NCBI GenBank assembly: GCA_964384315.1
Contig: CAYLLD010000001.1
Location: 5,224-57,625 of the forward strand
Direction of reading: 5' to 3'
DNA: 52,402 nucleotides
Source of the DNA: an uncultured Rhodobacterales bacterium
Lineage (GTDB): Bacteria; Pseudomonadota; Alphaproteobacteria; Rhodobacterales; Rhodobacteraceae
In this document: one piece after another, positions 32,828-43,116 of the stretch
Numbering within the stretch: the first letter of the stretch is position 1
How the letters are laid out: each line of letters starts with the position of its first letter
Position numbers and translations under genes: made by a program
Notes under the pieces: generated by a model
The model's input: only the letters and a program-made list of their open reading frames with translations
Databases searched by the model: none
What the model was told of the DNA's origin: nothing

Positions 32828-35188
32828 CTAGAAACGAGTGTCAATCGTGATGCGGAAGTCTTCGGTTTCGTCGTAGTCTTCCTTTTCAATCGGCCAAGCC
32901 CAGTTGAACCGTAGCGGCCCAATTGGCGTGGTCCAGAAGATCGAGACACCAGCTGCCGAGCGCCAGATTTGCTCGTCATCAACCGTGCCCATAGAGCCAG
33001 TTGTGTTGTCGAGTTCCCAAACCGAACCCATGTCGTAGAAGAGACCGCCGAAAATTCCGTATTCTTCAGGAATACCAATCGGGAAGGAGGCCTCAAGGCG
33101 ACCAACGGCGTAGACATTACCGCCCAGACTATCGTTGACGTTCTGACCTGCACCGCCTGCACCAACACAGCCAGTACAGAAATCACGAGGGCCGATACCG
33201 CCGACGGCAAAGCCGCGCATGCTGTTTCCGCCCAAGAAGAACCGATCCGTGATCCGGCTTTCGCCATCATAGCCCAGAACACCGCCCTCAAGCTCTGCCG
33301 AGATCACAACGTCTTCGTTGATCACCGACGAGTAGCCTTTTACGCGGCCCGTGGTTTTCGAATAGTTCGTGTCGCCGCCAAGACCCGCAAACTCTTGCTC
33401 CAGCGAAAGACGGAAGCCGCTGCGTGGATCAATTGAACTGTCGCGTGTGTCGAGGGTGTAGCGCAAGCCAATCGACGATGTTGTCGCTTTGCCCGGCGCA
33501 ATCAGGATCGATGCATCGTCCTTAACGTCACGGATTTCGTCGTTCGAGACGGTGTAACGCACCTCAAGCCGGGCATTGTCAGCCACGGGGAAGGCAAACC
33601 TTGGGCGGAACCCGATGTTTGTCTCTTGGAACGAGGATTCCGTCCGGTCTTGTTGGCGATAGAACAGATCAACACCGGCCAAAAGATCGCGATCAAGGAA
33701 CGCAGGTTCGGCGAATGAGAAGGCCAACACCCGCTGACGCTCGGCCAAGCTCAACTCGAAGGAAAAGCTCTGGCCGCGACCCAAGAAATTGCTCTCGGAC
33801 AGCGAAATAAGCCCGTTAAAGCCCGCGTCAGATTCATAACCAAGTCCGAAGCTCAGCGCGCCTGTGGCCTTTTCAACCACATCCACGTCAATCACCGCAC
33901 GCTCGGGCGAAGAGCCCTGACGCACCCGAACAGCAACCCGCTCAAACACGCCCAAGGCGCGAATGCGGTTTTCCGCCTCGCGAATATCACGGCGGCTAAG
34001 AGGATCACCCTCAGCAACCGCAAACTCACGACGGATCACCCGATCCAGTGTCTCAGAGTTGCCTTCGATGTCGATCCGCTCAACGAACACGCGCGGGCCG
34101 CGAATGATGTCATAGCTCACATCAATTGTGCGATCAGCGTCGTTGCGCGTGACGCTCGGACGTACCTCAGTGAAGGGAAAGCCGTCTGCATCAACCGCCA
34201 AAGCGATCCGCTCAACGGTCTCATCAACCTTGGAGGCGTTATAAACATCACCGCTGCTCATGCGCGCCAAACGCTTGTAGTTGTCTGCATCCAGATCAAC
34301 GACCCGCGAGGCCACACCGACTTTGCCAAATTTATACTGCGGCCCTTCGATGATGTTGAACGAGATAAAGAAACCAGAGCGGTCACTTGCCAGTTCGGAA
34401 ACCACCGAACGCACTTCGAAATCCACGAAGCCGCGGTCTAGGTAGAACTCGCGCAAAAGCTGCTTGTCCAGCTCGACCCGGTCGCGATCAAAGGTCTCGC
34501 TGCCAAAAATGCCGCTAAGCACCCCGGTCTGACCAGTTTCAATCGCGCGGCGCAGACGGTTATCAGAGAATTGCTCGTTGCCCACAAAAGACACGCGATC
34601 AATGTCGGTCACATTGCCTTCGGTGATCTCAAACAGCACATCGACGCGGTTTTCTTGGCGACGGATAATCACAGGACGCACCTCGGCCGAGAACCGACCA
34701 CTGGCGCGATAGGCCTCAACGATACGCAGAGCATCCGCCTCAGCGGCGGCGGCGTTGTAAGCCTGACGCGGTTCTAGCTGGGTAACAGCTTCGAGCGCTT
34801 CGTTGGACAGACGGTTGTTGCCCTCAAAGGCAACCGCGTTGACGGTGGGATTTTCCACGACGCGGATAACGAGCCGACCTGCAATCGGCTGCAGTTCGAC
34901 GTTTTCAAATAGCCCACTGTCGAAAAGGCGCTGCAGCGCGGCGTTCAACTCTTCGGGGGACACCCGCGTGTTGGGCAGAACGCCGGCGATGACACGAACC
35001 GTGTCCGCCTCAATCCGCTGATTGCCAGCAACATCGATTTGCGAAAAACTTGTCGATACTTGAGCGACCGCTGCGTTTGGAAGTGTGACCAGCGAAACGC
35101 CAGCAACCCCTATTGTCAGCGACGTTCCCAAAACTGCCCGGCGCATAGCTGCTGCCAAAGCATGTTTGCCTGTTGTCATTACCCTCAT
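32828..35188 (-). CDS. bamA: Outer membrane protein assembly factor BamA
   Basis: Signal peptide, five POTRA-like units (IDVAGNQRIE, VAFEGN, VSFVGN, IDIEGN) and a C-terminal beta-barrel ending ITIDTRF. The start is at 35188 or 35179. Confidence 0.93.
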   Translation of the reverse strand: MRVMTTGKHALAAAMRRAVLGTSLTIGVAGVSLVTLPNAAVAQVSTSFSQIDVAGNQRIEADTVRVIAGVLPNTRVSPEELNAALQRLFDSGLFENVELQPIAGRLVIRVVENPTVNAVAFEGNNRLSNEALEAVTQLEPRQAYNAAAAEADALRIVEAYRASGRFSAEVRPVIIRRQENRVDVLFEITEGNVTDIDRVSFVGNEQFSDNRLRRAIETGQTGVLSGIFGSETFDRDRVELDKQLLREFYLDRGFVDFEVRSVVSELASDRSGFFISFNIIEGPQYKFGKVGVASRVVDLDADNYKRLARMSSGDVYNASKVDETVERIALAVDADGFPFTEVRPSVTRNDADRTIDVSYDIIRGPRVFVERIDIEGNSETLDRVIRREFAVAEGDPLSRRDIREAENRIRALGVFERVAVRVRQGSSPERAVIDVDVVEKATGALSFGLGYESDAGFNGLISLSESNFLGRGQSFSFELSLAERQRVLAFSFAEPAFLDRDLLAGVDLFYRQQDRTESSFQETNIGFRPRFAFPVADNARLEVRYTVSNDEIRDVKDDASILIAPGKATTSSIGLRYTLDTRDSSIDPRSGFRLSLEQEFAGLGGDTNYSKTTGRVKGYSSVINEDVVISAELEGGVLGYDGESRITDRFFLGGNSMRGFAVGGIGPRDFCTGCVGAGGAGQNVNDSLGGNVYAVGRLEASFPIGIPEEYGIFGGLFYDMGSVWELDNTTGSMGTVDDEQIWRSAAGVSIFWTTPIGPLRFNWAWPIEKEDYDETEDFRITIDTRF

Positions 35189-35243
35189 CCGTCTCCCCCG
35201 GTTCTTTAGCCGGTTTTCCCCCTCACCTTGTGGTAGGGGAAAC

Positions 35244-36566
35244 CTAAATGCGCATGATGTCGTTGTAAGTCGCAAATAACATCAATGCTAGCAATAACAT
35301 AAAACCAACGGACATTGCCATATTGAGAATGCGTGGGTGTGGCTGACGCCCCACTATTGCCTCATAGGCATAGACCACCAAATGGCCACCATCGAGCACA
35401 GGGATCGGGAAAAGGTTCAAAAGACCGATTGCGGTCGAGATCAGCGCGATCAGGGAAATGAAACTAAGCCAGCCTTGGGTCGCAGTTTCACCTGAAACCA
35501 TCGCAATGCCCAAGGGGCCGTTTAGATTTTCAGTGCCAAGCGCGCCAGTGATCATGTGCTTAAGCCCAGTGAGCGACAGCACAATAACGTCCCAAACCCG
35601 CACGAAACCCGCAGGCAGCGCTTGCCATACTGGCACCGTTTCGGTGGTAGGCAAAATACCCACCGCACCCGCGACACCGATTAGAACTTGGGTTTGCACT
35701 TCGCCATCGGGACCAAGCGCCTCAACAAGCTCTGGCGTGATCGGCAGTTGCAGGATTTCACCTTGGCGGCGCACATCAATGATCAGCTCTTTATCCTGCG
35801 AGGCCAGAACGATGGTTTTCAGCTGGGAAAAACTGTTCACGTCCTGCCCATCGATCCGCGTGATCAGATCCTGCGGCTTTAGCCCAGCTTTACTCGCCGC
35901 CGACAGCGGGGTTACGAATTCAACCATTGGCGGGAAAAGATAGGGCGCAAGCACCTCGCGCTCGGTGCCGTCCCGCAAGACAGTGAGCGGTATATCCCCG
36001 GCACCATCCATGGCACGCACGGTGCGGGCAATTTCCGAATAAGTCGCCACGGGCTGACCCGCCACCGCGAGAATTTCATCGCCCGGGGCCAGATCGTGGT
36101 GCGCCTCTAGCTCAATATTCAGGGCCCCAACCACAGGATCATCAGCCGCTTGGCCATTCCACATGATCAGACCCGCAAAGATAAAGCCCGAGAGGATAAA
36201 ATTGAAAACTGGCCCGGCCAAAACCGTAAGGGCACGGCGGCCCACAGTGGCCGAGGGAAAGGCATCCGCATCTAGCTGCCGCGGGGTGCCATCATCAAAA
36301 GAGGCCGCGTTCAAATCGCCCTTGAATTTGACGAACCCCCCAAGCGGGATCAACGCGACCTGCCAAATCGTGCCGCGTTTGTCCTGCCACTGGGTCAGCG
36401 ATTTGCCAAAGCCGATTGAGAAAACTTCTGCGTGGATACCGCACCAACGCCCGACGATGTAATGGCCATACTCATGGATAAAAACCACGATCCCCAGCAC
36501 AACCAATGTTGGCAAAAGTGTCGAAAGAAGCCCACCGATCAAGGGAATGGCAGCAATGAATTCCAT
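35244..36566 (-). CDS. rseP: RIP zinc metalloprotease RseP (site-2 protease, M50)
   Basis: HEYGHY (HExxH) in TM1, two PDZ-like regions, NLFPIPVLDGGH. Confidence 0.92.
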   Translation of the reverse strand: MEFIAAIPLIGGLLSTLLPTLVVLGIVVFIHEYGHYIVGRWCGIHAEVFSIGFGKSLTQWQDKRGTIWQVALIPLGGFVKFKGDLNAASFDDGTPRQLDADAFPSATVGRRALTVLAGPVFNFILSGFIFAGLIMWNGQAADDPVVGALNIELEAHHDLAPGDEILAVAGQPVATYSEIARTVRAMDGAGDIPLTVLRDGTEREVLAPYLFPPMVEFVTPLSAASKAGLKPQDLITRIDGQDVNSFSQLKTIVLASQDKELIIDVRRQGEILQLPITPELVEALGPDGEVQTQVLIGVAGAVGILPTTETVPVWQALPAGFVRVWDVIVLSLTGLKHMITGALGTENLNGPLGIAMVSGETATQGWLSFISLIALISTAIGLLNLFPIPVLDGGHLVVYAYEAIVGRQPHPRILNMAMSVGFMLLLALMLFATYNDIMRI

Positions 36567-36577
36567 GGTCTAACCTG

Positions 36578-37777
36578 TCAAATTGTCCGGGCCGTTGGCG
36601 TCGTGGTACCTTCACCCGTGATTTGGGCAGCAACATAGCTGCGCGCCGCCTTGTCCAGCTCGTATATGGGGCCAAGCCCGTCCGATGCAACCACGGTACT
36701 GGCGGTCTGGGCCAGTTCTGCCATAGCAGCGGTTACCAAATCACTCATCGCACCAAAGCCAATGGCCTTGGCCAAAAACCCATCAAGCGCCGCCTCTTTG
36801 GCCGCATTGAGCACCGCGCCCATGGCCCCGCCAGCCTCAAGCGCCGCATAGGCGAGCCCAAGGGCGGGAAAGCGTGTTTGATCCGGCGTCTCAAAATTCA
36901 GCTCTGACAATTTGCCAAAATCCAGCCGCTCCACAGGCAAAGGCGCGCGTTGCGGGTAGTGCAGCGCATAACCGATCGGGCCGCGCATATCCGGCGGGCC
37001 TAGCTGCGCCATGATCGCGCCGTCAGTAAAACCCACCATCGAGTGAATGATCGACTGGGGATGCACAACGACCTCGATTTGAGCCGCAGGGAGCCCGAAA
37101 AGGTGATGAGCTTCGATGACCTCAAGCGCTTTGTTGAACATGGAAGCGCTATCGATTGTGATCCGCTGGCCCATAGACCAGTTGGGGTGCTTCAGCGCAT
37201 CCTCAAGCCGGGCATTGGCGATTTTTGCCTTGTCCCACGTGCGAAACGGGCCGCCCGAGGCGGTCAGAATAAGGCGCTCGATCTCTTTGTCCTGTGCGCC
37301 CAGCAGACACTGAAAAATCGCGCTATGCTCACTATCGACAGGAATAAGATTTGTGCCGCTTTGGGCGCAAAGCTCGGTCAGATATGCCCCCGCGCAAACA
37401 AGGCTCTCTTTGTTGGCAAGCGCCAGCGTGGTGCCTTGACGGGCAAGCTGAACCGTTGGCGGCAAACCTGCCGCACCAACAATCGCTGACATAGCCCAAT
37501 CAACGGGAATGCTGGCCGCCTCTTCGAGCGCTTCTGGCCCAGACATCACTTCGGTCGCTGTGCCAGACAAAAGCGCCGCAAGCTTGGGTGCCGCCGCCCT
37601 GTCACCAATGACCACCCGGCGGGCATTGAGCGCACGCGCCTGTTGGGCCAAGAGATCAGCATTCGACTGCGCGCTGAGCACCTCAACGATAAAGGCGTCC
37701 TTGTTGCGCCCGATTAGATCGACGGTGTTCGTACCGATAGACCCGGTCGACCCGAAAATCGAAATTCGACGCGCCAC
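36578..37777 (-). CDS. dxr: 1-deoxy-D-xylulose-5-phosphate reductoisomerase
   Basis: ISIFGSTGSIGTNT, LANKESLV, PVDSEHSAIFQC, VHPQSIIHSMV. Confidence 0.95.
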   Translation of the reverse strand: MARRISIFGSTGSIGTNTVDLIGRNKDAFIVEVLSAQSNADLLAQQARALNARRVVIGDRAAAPKLAALLSGTATEVMSGPEALEEAASIPVDWAMSAIVGAAGLPPTVQLARQGTTLALANKESLVCAGAYLTELCAQSGTNLIPVDSEHSAIFQCLLGAQDKEIERLILTASGGPFRTWDKAKIANARLEDALKHPNWSMGQRITIDSASMFNKALEVIEAHHLFGLPAAQIEVVVHPQSIIHSMVGFTDGAIMAQLGPPDMRGPIGYALHYPQRAPLPVERLDFGKLSELNFETPDQTRFPALGLAYAALEAGGAMGAVLNAAKEAALDGFLAKAIGFGAMSDLVTAAMAELAQTASTVVASDGLGPIYELDKAARSYVAAQITGEGTTTPTARTI

Positions 37778-37781
37778 AGGC

Positions 37782-38639
37782 TCACCCGTCTCCTAAGAGC
37801 GGGCCAAAGGGTTTTAGATAAGACACGATCACGCAAAGGATCAAAACCGGTGCCATGCCATCAAAACGATCCATCAAACCGCCATGGCCCGGCAAAATCG
37901 TACCGGCATCTTTGACCCCATAGTAACGCTTGGCCGCGCTTTCCATCAGATCGCCAGCCAGCGCGACAAAGGCAAAGATCACCGCCCAAATCAAAACCGG
38001 GCCGACCTGACCACCGAAGATCGCTAGGATGATCGCACTAAGCAAGAGGGACAGACCAACGCCGCCCAAGAACCCTGACCATGTTTTCTTAGGGCTCAGA
38101 CGCGGCGCAAGTTTCGGGCCACCTATGACGCGCCCAAAAATGTAACCGCCGCTATCCGCCGCCGCGACGCAAGCCACGATCCAAACGAAAACAATCAAGC
38201 TCTCACGCTCGCGCAACACCACAGCCGAAGCCGCGCCAAGAACAATCATTGCCATGATCGCAGCCGTGCGCCAATCTAGCTGCCGCTCGTTGAACAAATA
38301 GACCAGCCCGAGCGCAACAATCAGGCCAAGTACGGCCCAAACCGCGCCCAAAGCCGCGCAAACCACCGACATCGTGCCGACAACCACCAGCCCATAACCG
38401 CCCTTAGCGCTGAGCCCGCCATCGCTTTGCGCCATAGAATTCAACTCAAGCAGCATCAGGCAGGCGATTGCCATCGCAAAGATGACCAGCACAGCGCCGC
38501 CCATCCAAAGCGCAAAAAACGAAATAGAGGCAAGGATTACAGCGGCCAAAATCCGCAGACGCAGGTCACCAAAAGGACCTTTAGCGTCAGAGGTGCTCTG
38601 GGTAGGCGGACTTGTGGGATCGCCTGGCGTCTCGCTCAT
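37782..38639 (-). CDS. cdsA: Phosphatidate cytidylyltransferase
   Basis: Polytopic membrane protein with SAAKRYYGVKDAGTILPGHGGLMDRFDG. The ATG at 38639 overlaps the uppS stop (ATGA). Confidence 0.9.
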   Translation of the reverse strand: MSETPGDPTSPPTQSTSDAKGPFGDLRLRILAAVILASISFFALWMGGAVLVIFAMAIACLMLLELNSMAQSDGGLSAKGGYGLVVVGTMSVVCAALGAVWAVLGLIVALGLVYLFNERQLDWRTAAIMAMIVLGAASAVVLRERESLIVFVWIVACVAAADSGGYIFGRVIGGPKLAPRLSPKKTWSGFLGGVGLSLLLSAIILAIFGGQVGPVLIWAVIFAFVALAGDLMESAAKRYYGVKDAGTILPGHGGLMDRFDGMAPVLILCVIVSYLKPFGPLLGDG

Positions 38640-39373
38640 CCGGCAACCGCCCCAAAGCGCCGCTCGCGCCCGCCGAAACAATCAAGAATGGCGGCGAATT
38701 GCTCAACGGTAAAGTCAGGCCAAAGCGTGTCGATGAATTCGTATTCCGAATAGGCCGCTTCCCACAAAAGGAAGTTCGAGATGCGGCTTTCGCCCGAGGT
38801 GCGGATCACGAGACAGGGATCAGGGATACCGTGGGTATCAAGATGCTGCTCAAGCATCGCCTCATCAACAGCCGCCGGATCAATCTCGCCCGCCGCAACT
38901 TTCGCCGCAATCTGCGCCGCCGCGCGGGCGATCTCGTCGCGACCGCCGTGATTAAGCGCAATATTGAGATTGAATTTGGTTTTCGAGGCCGAGCGCGTCT
39001 CAAGATCGGCCATCATCGCCAGAACATCATCCGGCAGCCCATCGCGCCGCCCAATAAAGCGCAGCCGCACGTCGCTGGTCAAAAGCCGCTCAGCTTCGCG
39101 CGCCATAAAAGTGCGGAACAGACGCATGAGGCCGTTGACCTCTTCGAGGGGGCGCTTCCAGTTTTCAGTTGAAAACGCAAAAAGCGTTAGCCACTCCACG
39201 CCCACATCCGGGCAGGCCTCAACAATGTTGCGCACGGTATCGACACCGCGCCTATGCCCTGCCAATCGCGGCAAACCTCGCCCCCGCGCCCATCGCCCGT
39301 TGCCATCCATGATGATCGCAACATGCTTTGGCCGAGTTTCTTGTACACTAGGCGCCACAGCCCGTCCCCCCAA
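38636..39373 (-). CDS. uppS: Undecaprenyl-diphosphate synthase (isoprenyl transferase)
   Basis: HVAIIMDGNGRWA, TLFAFSTENWKRP, RTSGESRISNFLLWEAAYSE. The start is TTG at 39373 or GTG at 39358. Confidence 0.93.
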   Translation of the reverse strand: MGGRAVAPSVQETRPKHVAIIMDGNGRWARGRGLPRLAGHRRGVDTVRNIVEACPDVGVEWLTLFAFSTENWKRPLEEVNGLMRLFRTFMAREAERLLTSDVRLRFIGRRDGLPDDVLAMMADLETRSASKTKFNLNIALNHGGRDEIARAAAQIAAKVAAGEIDPAAVDEAMLEQHLDTHGIPDPCLVIRTSGESRISNFLLWEAAYSEYEFIDTLWPDFTVEQFAAILDCFGGRERRFGAVAG

Positions 39374-39381
39374 CGCGCAGG

Positions 39382-39945
39382 CTAAACCTGCATAATCTCT
39401 TCTTGCTTGGTCTCAAGCGCTGTGTCGATGTTCTTGATCGCCTGATCCGTCAGCTCTTGGATCTCATCGGTCCAGAGCTTTTGATCATCCTCAGAAATCG
39501 CATCCTTGGCCTTTTTGACCTGATCCATCCCGTCTTTACGTACATTGCGCACCGCAACGCGGGCGTTTTCGGCGTAAGACCCGGCCAGTTTTGCCAACTC
39601 GCGGCGGCGCTCTTCGTTCAGCTCAGGGATCGGCAGACGCAAGATCGTCCCATCCATCACGGGGTTGATCCCAAGGCCTGAATTGCGGATCGCGCGGTCA
39701 ACATCGTTGACCATGCCCTTGTCCCAGACGTTGACCGTGATCATGCGCGGCTCAGGCACATTCACCGTGGCCACCTGATTGATCGGTGTCGCTGCGCCAT
39801 AGGCCTCAACCATCACAGGCTCTAGCATCGAGGCCGAAGCCCGCCCGGTTCGCAGGGACAAAAACTCGGTGCGCAGCGCGCTCAAGGCGCCCTCCATCCG
39901 CTTTTCTAAATCCGTGAGATCAAGTTCAAAATTTTCATCGGCCAT
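39382..39945 (-). CDS. frr: Ribosome recycling factor
   Basis: [12 protein letters not shown]..., [24 protein letters not shown]. Confidence 0.95.
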   Translation of the reverse strand: MADENFELDLTDLEKRMEGALSALRTEFLSLRTGRASASMLEPVMVEAYGAATPINQVATVNVPEPRMITVNVWDKGMVNDVDRAIRNSGLGINPVMDGTILRLPIPELNEERRRELAKLAGSYAENARVAVRNVRKDGMDQVKKAKDAISEDDQKLWTDEIQELTDQAIKNIDTALETKQEEIMQV

Positions 39946-39987
39946 GGAACGTACCTATTGCGAGTGAATACACCAACTTAACTCAGC

Positions 39988-40722
39988 TCAGTGCTCGCTA
40001 ACAATCGTAAACTTGCCTTTGCCTTTGACCACGTCGAGCAAGCTGCCAGAGCCAAGCTTAAAGACAATGATCGGCAGCGAGTTATCACGGGCGAGCGCGA
40101 TAGCGCTGGCATCCATCACATTGAGATGCTTCTGGAGAACTTCGTCATAACTAACACTTTCATAACGAACCGCGTCAGAGTTGGTCTTGGGGTCTTTATC
40201 ATAGACGCCATCAACCTGCGTGCCTTTAAAAATCGCCCCGCATGCCATTTCACTAGCGCGCAGCGTTGCCGCCGTGTCCGTGGTAAAATACGGGTTGCCT
40301 GTGCCAGCGGCAAAAATAACGACCCGCTCTTTTTCAAGATGCCGGACCGCGCGGCGTCGAATGTAGGGCTCACAAACCTGATCCATCGGGATCGCCGAGA
40401 TCACGCGGGTGTAAACCCCCAGACCTTCAAGCGCACCCTGCATCGCCAGCGCATTCATCACAGTGGCAAGCATACCCATGTAATCCGCCGTGGTGCGTTC
40501 CATGCCTTGAGCCGCGCCTTGCAGGCCGCGAAACACATTGCCGCCACCGATAACCACACAGACCTCAATACCAGCATCGCGTACTTCTTTGATATCTTTC
40601 GCGATGGCTTGAACGGTCGGCGGGTGCAGCCCGAAACCCTGGTCGCCCATCAGGGCCTCGCCAGAGATCTTAAGCATTACCCTATTGTAAGGTGAAGTTT
40701 TCACAGCGTCGATGGTGCTCAT
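39988..40722 (-). CDS. pyrH: UMP kinase
   Basis: ATG at 40722 with GGAGG upstream. [38 protein letters not shown]. Confidence 0.95.
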   Translation of the reverse strand: MSTIDAVKTSPYNRVMLKISGEALMGDQGFGLHPPTVQAIAKDIKEVRDAGIEVCVVIGGGNVFRGLQGAAQGMERTTADYMGMLATVMNALAMQGALEGLGVYTRVISAIPMDQVCEPYIRRRAVRHLEKERVVIFAAGTGNPYFTTDTAATLRASEMACGAIFKGTQVDGVYDKDPKTNSDAVRYESVSYDEVLQKHLNVMDASAIALARDNSLPIIVFKLGSGSLLDVVKGKGKFTIVSEH

Positions 40723-40965
40723 TGGGTCCTCCGAGTGGTGCCGGATGCTATCTGTCCGAAATGCCGCTCTCACGCAATGGTCTTTGTGTTAATTTGGCCA
40801 ATCGGCATCTCGCAGCGTCTTTTCAGTCTCTGGGTATTCCGCCAGGCGTACAAACAACTTAAGTTTAGTCGTAATTCAAACATTTCCTAAATGTCTTTCT
40901 ATTTACACTAATCACAGTCAAAACGCATAGGACACAAGAAATTTGTAGAAATTGAACTGCACTAC

Positions 40966-40987
40966 ACGTCACTTTTAAGGGTGACGT
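40966..40987. promoter_or_regulatory. 22-bp palindrome ACGTCAC-N8-GTGACGT about 70 bp upstream of the LuxR-family gene; candidate lux-box-like operator
   Basis: Perfect 7-bp arms read from the sequence inside the AT-rich pyrH/luxR divergent spacer. A related half site, GTGACTACGT, is at 41010-41019. Confidence 0.3.
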
Positions 40988-41057
40988 CAGTTTAAAAACA
41001 AGTAATACAGTGACTACGTATTGAGACGCCAAGTTAAAGGCGAAGGGATCATAGTAG

Positions 41058-41813
41058 GTGAGTAATTTTATCAAATGCGATACGGTAATGAAAATTGCCA
41101 TTTCAGAAAATATCATTGATGCATGGAGTGTTTTGCGTGATTTTTGTCTTGATTGTGGCTTTGAACACGCGGTTTTTGGGACAAACCGGCTGCACGGCAT
41201 AGAAAAACTTGGGGCCGCAGAAAATAGCTACGTGCTTTCTGATTTGTCGGGCCCGATCGTGGATGCTTTGTGGCGTCAAACCGGGTTTGGGACCACGTCA
41301 GCTGCGCAATGGGCTGAGCAAAGCACCGGCCCGGTTAGCCCTATCGATCCAGCCACGAAAAATCCTGCCGAGCCGCTATACTTTCAAGAGGCAGATGCGG
41401 GGCCGATTTCAACCGGCGTCACCTCGGGCTATCTTGTGGCGTTGCACAAGTCGAACACCCGCGCCCGCTCGCTTTTTGGGGTCTTTAATTTTGGCGGCCT
41501 ACAAAGCGAGGCCGATGCGATTTGGCAGGACCATGGCGCACAAATTGAGGCGCTGGCGACGATCTTTAACCTCAAGGCTGGTTCCCTGCCGCTACCGATT
41601 AAAAAACGAAAGTTGACGACCCGCCAAATTGAAGTGTTGTCGTGGATGGGTGCGGGCAAGACGATGCAGGAAACGGCCACGATCTTGGGGATTTCGCCTG
41701 CGACAGTTGAAAAACATCTGCGGCAAGCGCGGGACACCCTTGGCGTGTCTACGACGACACAGGCGGTGTTGCTTGCCCAAATCAATGGCCAGATTTTTTC
41801 CAACATTGGGTAA
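41058..41813 (+). CDS. LuxR-family transcriptional regulator (autoinducer-receptor-sized N-terminal domain plus C-terminal HTH), with no luxI partner in the window
   Basis: C-terminal GerE/LuxR HTH: LTTRQIEVLSWMGAGKTMQETATILGISPATVEKHLRQARDTLGV. Its 251 aa is typical of QS-type LuxR receptors. GTG start at 41058 (AAGGGA upstream) or ATG at 41088. Confidence 0.8.
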   Translation: MSNFIKCDTVMKIAISENIIDAWSVLRDFCLDCGFEHAVFGTNRLHGIEKLGAAENSYVLSDLSGPIVDALWRQTGFGTTSAAQWAEQSTGPVSPIDPATKNPAEPLYFQEADAGPISTGVTSGYLVALHKSNTRARSLFGVFNFGGLQSEADAIWQDHGAQIEALATIFNLKAGSLPLPIKKRKLTTRQIEVLSWMGAGKTMQETATILGISPATVEKHLRQARDTLGVSTTTQAVLLAQINGQIFSNIG

Positions 41814-42041
41814 GGAAAATCGGACTACCGCTCGCTAAAAATGCCGCTAAGTTTGGATTGTCTTCTATTTAGAGGATAATAGGGGGTAATCGAAAGTCTG
41901 CTAGGTTGTGTGCCCTGCGCTTTCAAAAGGCTGTGCCTCGTGGCGGCCGTACCTTATTAAGACCTGGTCGCGACAGTGCTGGACACACTCGTCGCGACCA
42001 TTCAACCAACCCCACATAAATTTCAGGCATAAGGCGGTCAC

Positions 42042-42077
42042 AAAAAAACGCCGCTCGAGGTTTCTCCCGAACGGCGC
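42042..42077 (-). terminator. Rho-independent terminator downstream of tsf
   Basis: On the minus strand: CGCCGTTCGGG-agaaa-CCTCGAGCGGCG followed by TTTTTTT, about 25 nt after the tsf stop. Confidence 0.8.
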
Positions 42078-42102
42078 CATTTTAACAGTCAGAAACGAGA
42101 GC

Positions 42103-42975
42103 CTAGCTCGACATCTTGGCAACTTCTGCCGCGAAGTCTTCTTCTTCTTTCTCGATGCCTTCACCCACTTCTAGGCGCGCATATCCGGTCAGCTCAACGC
42201 CCGCATCTTTCGCGGCCTCGCCAACAGTTACATCAGGATTGATGACGAACTTTTGGTTGATAAGCGTGACTTCCTCGTAGAACTTCTTCATCCGCCCCAC
42301 GATCATTTTCTCGATCACAGCCTCAGGCTTGCCGCTTTCGCGCGCCTGCTCGGTCAAAACGTTCTTCTCACGCTCGATCATCGCTGGATCAAGATCAGCT
42401 TCGCTCATGGATGCTGGGTTCGTCGCCGCGATATGCATCGCGATCTGTTTGCCGATCCCGTTATCAGGGCCGCTCATACCGACCAGAACGCCGATTTTAC
42501 CCATGCCGTCAGCCGCTGCGTTATGCACATAAGCCGCAACCGCTGTGCCCTCGACCTTAACCATCCGACGCACAGACATGTTCTCGCCGATTGTCGCGAT
42601 CTTATCGGTGACAACTTCGCTAACAGCTTTGCCATCGACGGTCGCGCTCTGCAGCGCGTCAACGTCAGCAACGCCGGTTGCAACAGCCGTGATCTTGGTG
42701 ACCATTTCCTGGAACTCAGCGTTTTTAGCCACAAAGTCTGTCTCGGAGTTCACCTCAACAGCAACCCCAACGTTGCCATCAACCGCAACGCCAACCAGAC
42801 CTTCAGCCGCTGTACGGCCGGATTTTTTGGCCGCTTTCGCAAGACCCTTGGTGCGCAGCCAATCAACGGCGGCTTCCATGTCGCCACCTGTCTCGGTCAG
42901 CGCCTTTTTGGCATCCATCATGCCCGCGCCGGTCGAATCGCGCAGCTCTTTTACCAATGCAGCTGTGATCGCCAT
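42103..42975 (-). CDS. tsf: Elongation factor Ts
   Basis: [26 protein letters not shown], plus the remaining EF-Ts domains. Confidence 0.96.
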   Translation of the reverse strand: MAITAALVKELRDSTGAGMMDAKKALTETGGDMEAAVDWLRTKGLAKAAKKSGRTAAEGLVGVAVDGNVGVAVEVNSETDFVAKNAEFQEMVTKITAVATGVADVDALQSATVDGKAVSEVVTDKIATIGENMSVRRMVKVEGTAVAAYVHNAAADGMGKIGVLVGMSGPDNGIGKQIAMHIAATNPASMSEADLDPAMIEREKNVLTEQARESGKPEAVIEKMIVGRMKKFYEEVTLINQKFVINPDVTVGEAAKDAGVELTGYARLEVGEGIEKEEEDFAAEVAKMSS

Positions 42976-43116
42976 TTTTCAGTCTCCAATTCGGAAAGTT
43001 ATTTTCGTCAGCCGCTGCAGGTGCTCATGCATCGGCAAGATTTCAAGAATGTGACGGTATTGCGTCGCAGCCGCGGAATGATCCGCGGCCACAATCAATG
43101 CCCGAAAGCGCGGTGC

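Noticed and set aside
32812-33291. N-terminal extension of the OmpH ORF to 350 aa
   Set aside because: The extension overlaps the 3' end of bamA in another frame and has no sensible sequence. An internal ATG at 32811 yields a proper signal peptide and an OmpH-sized protein.
40865-41200. 111-aa minus-strand ORF in the AT-rich pyrH/luxR spacer
   Set aside because: It overlaps the LuxR start, has AT-rich codons unlike the rest of the genome, and has no RBS or motif. The region is more plausibly promoter DNA.
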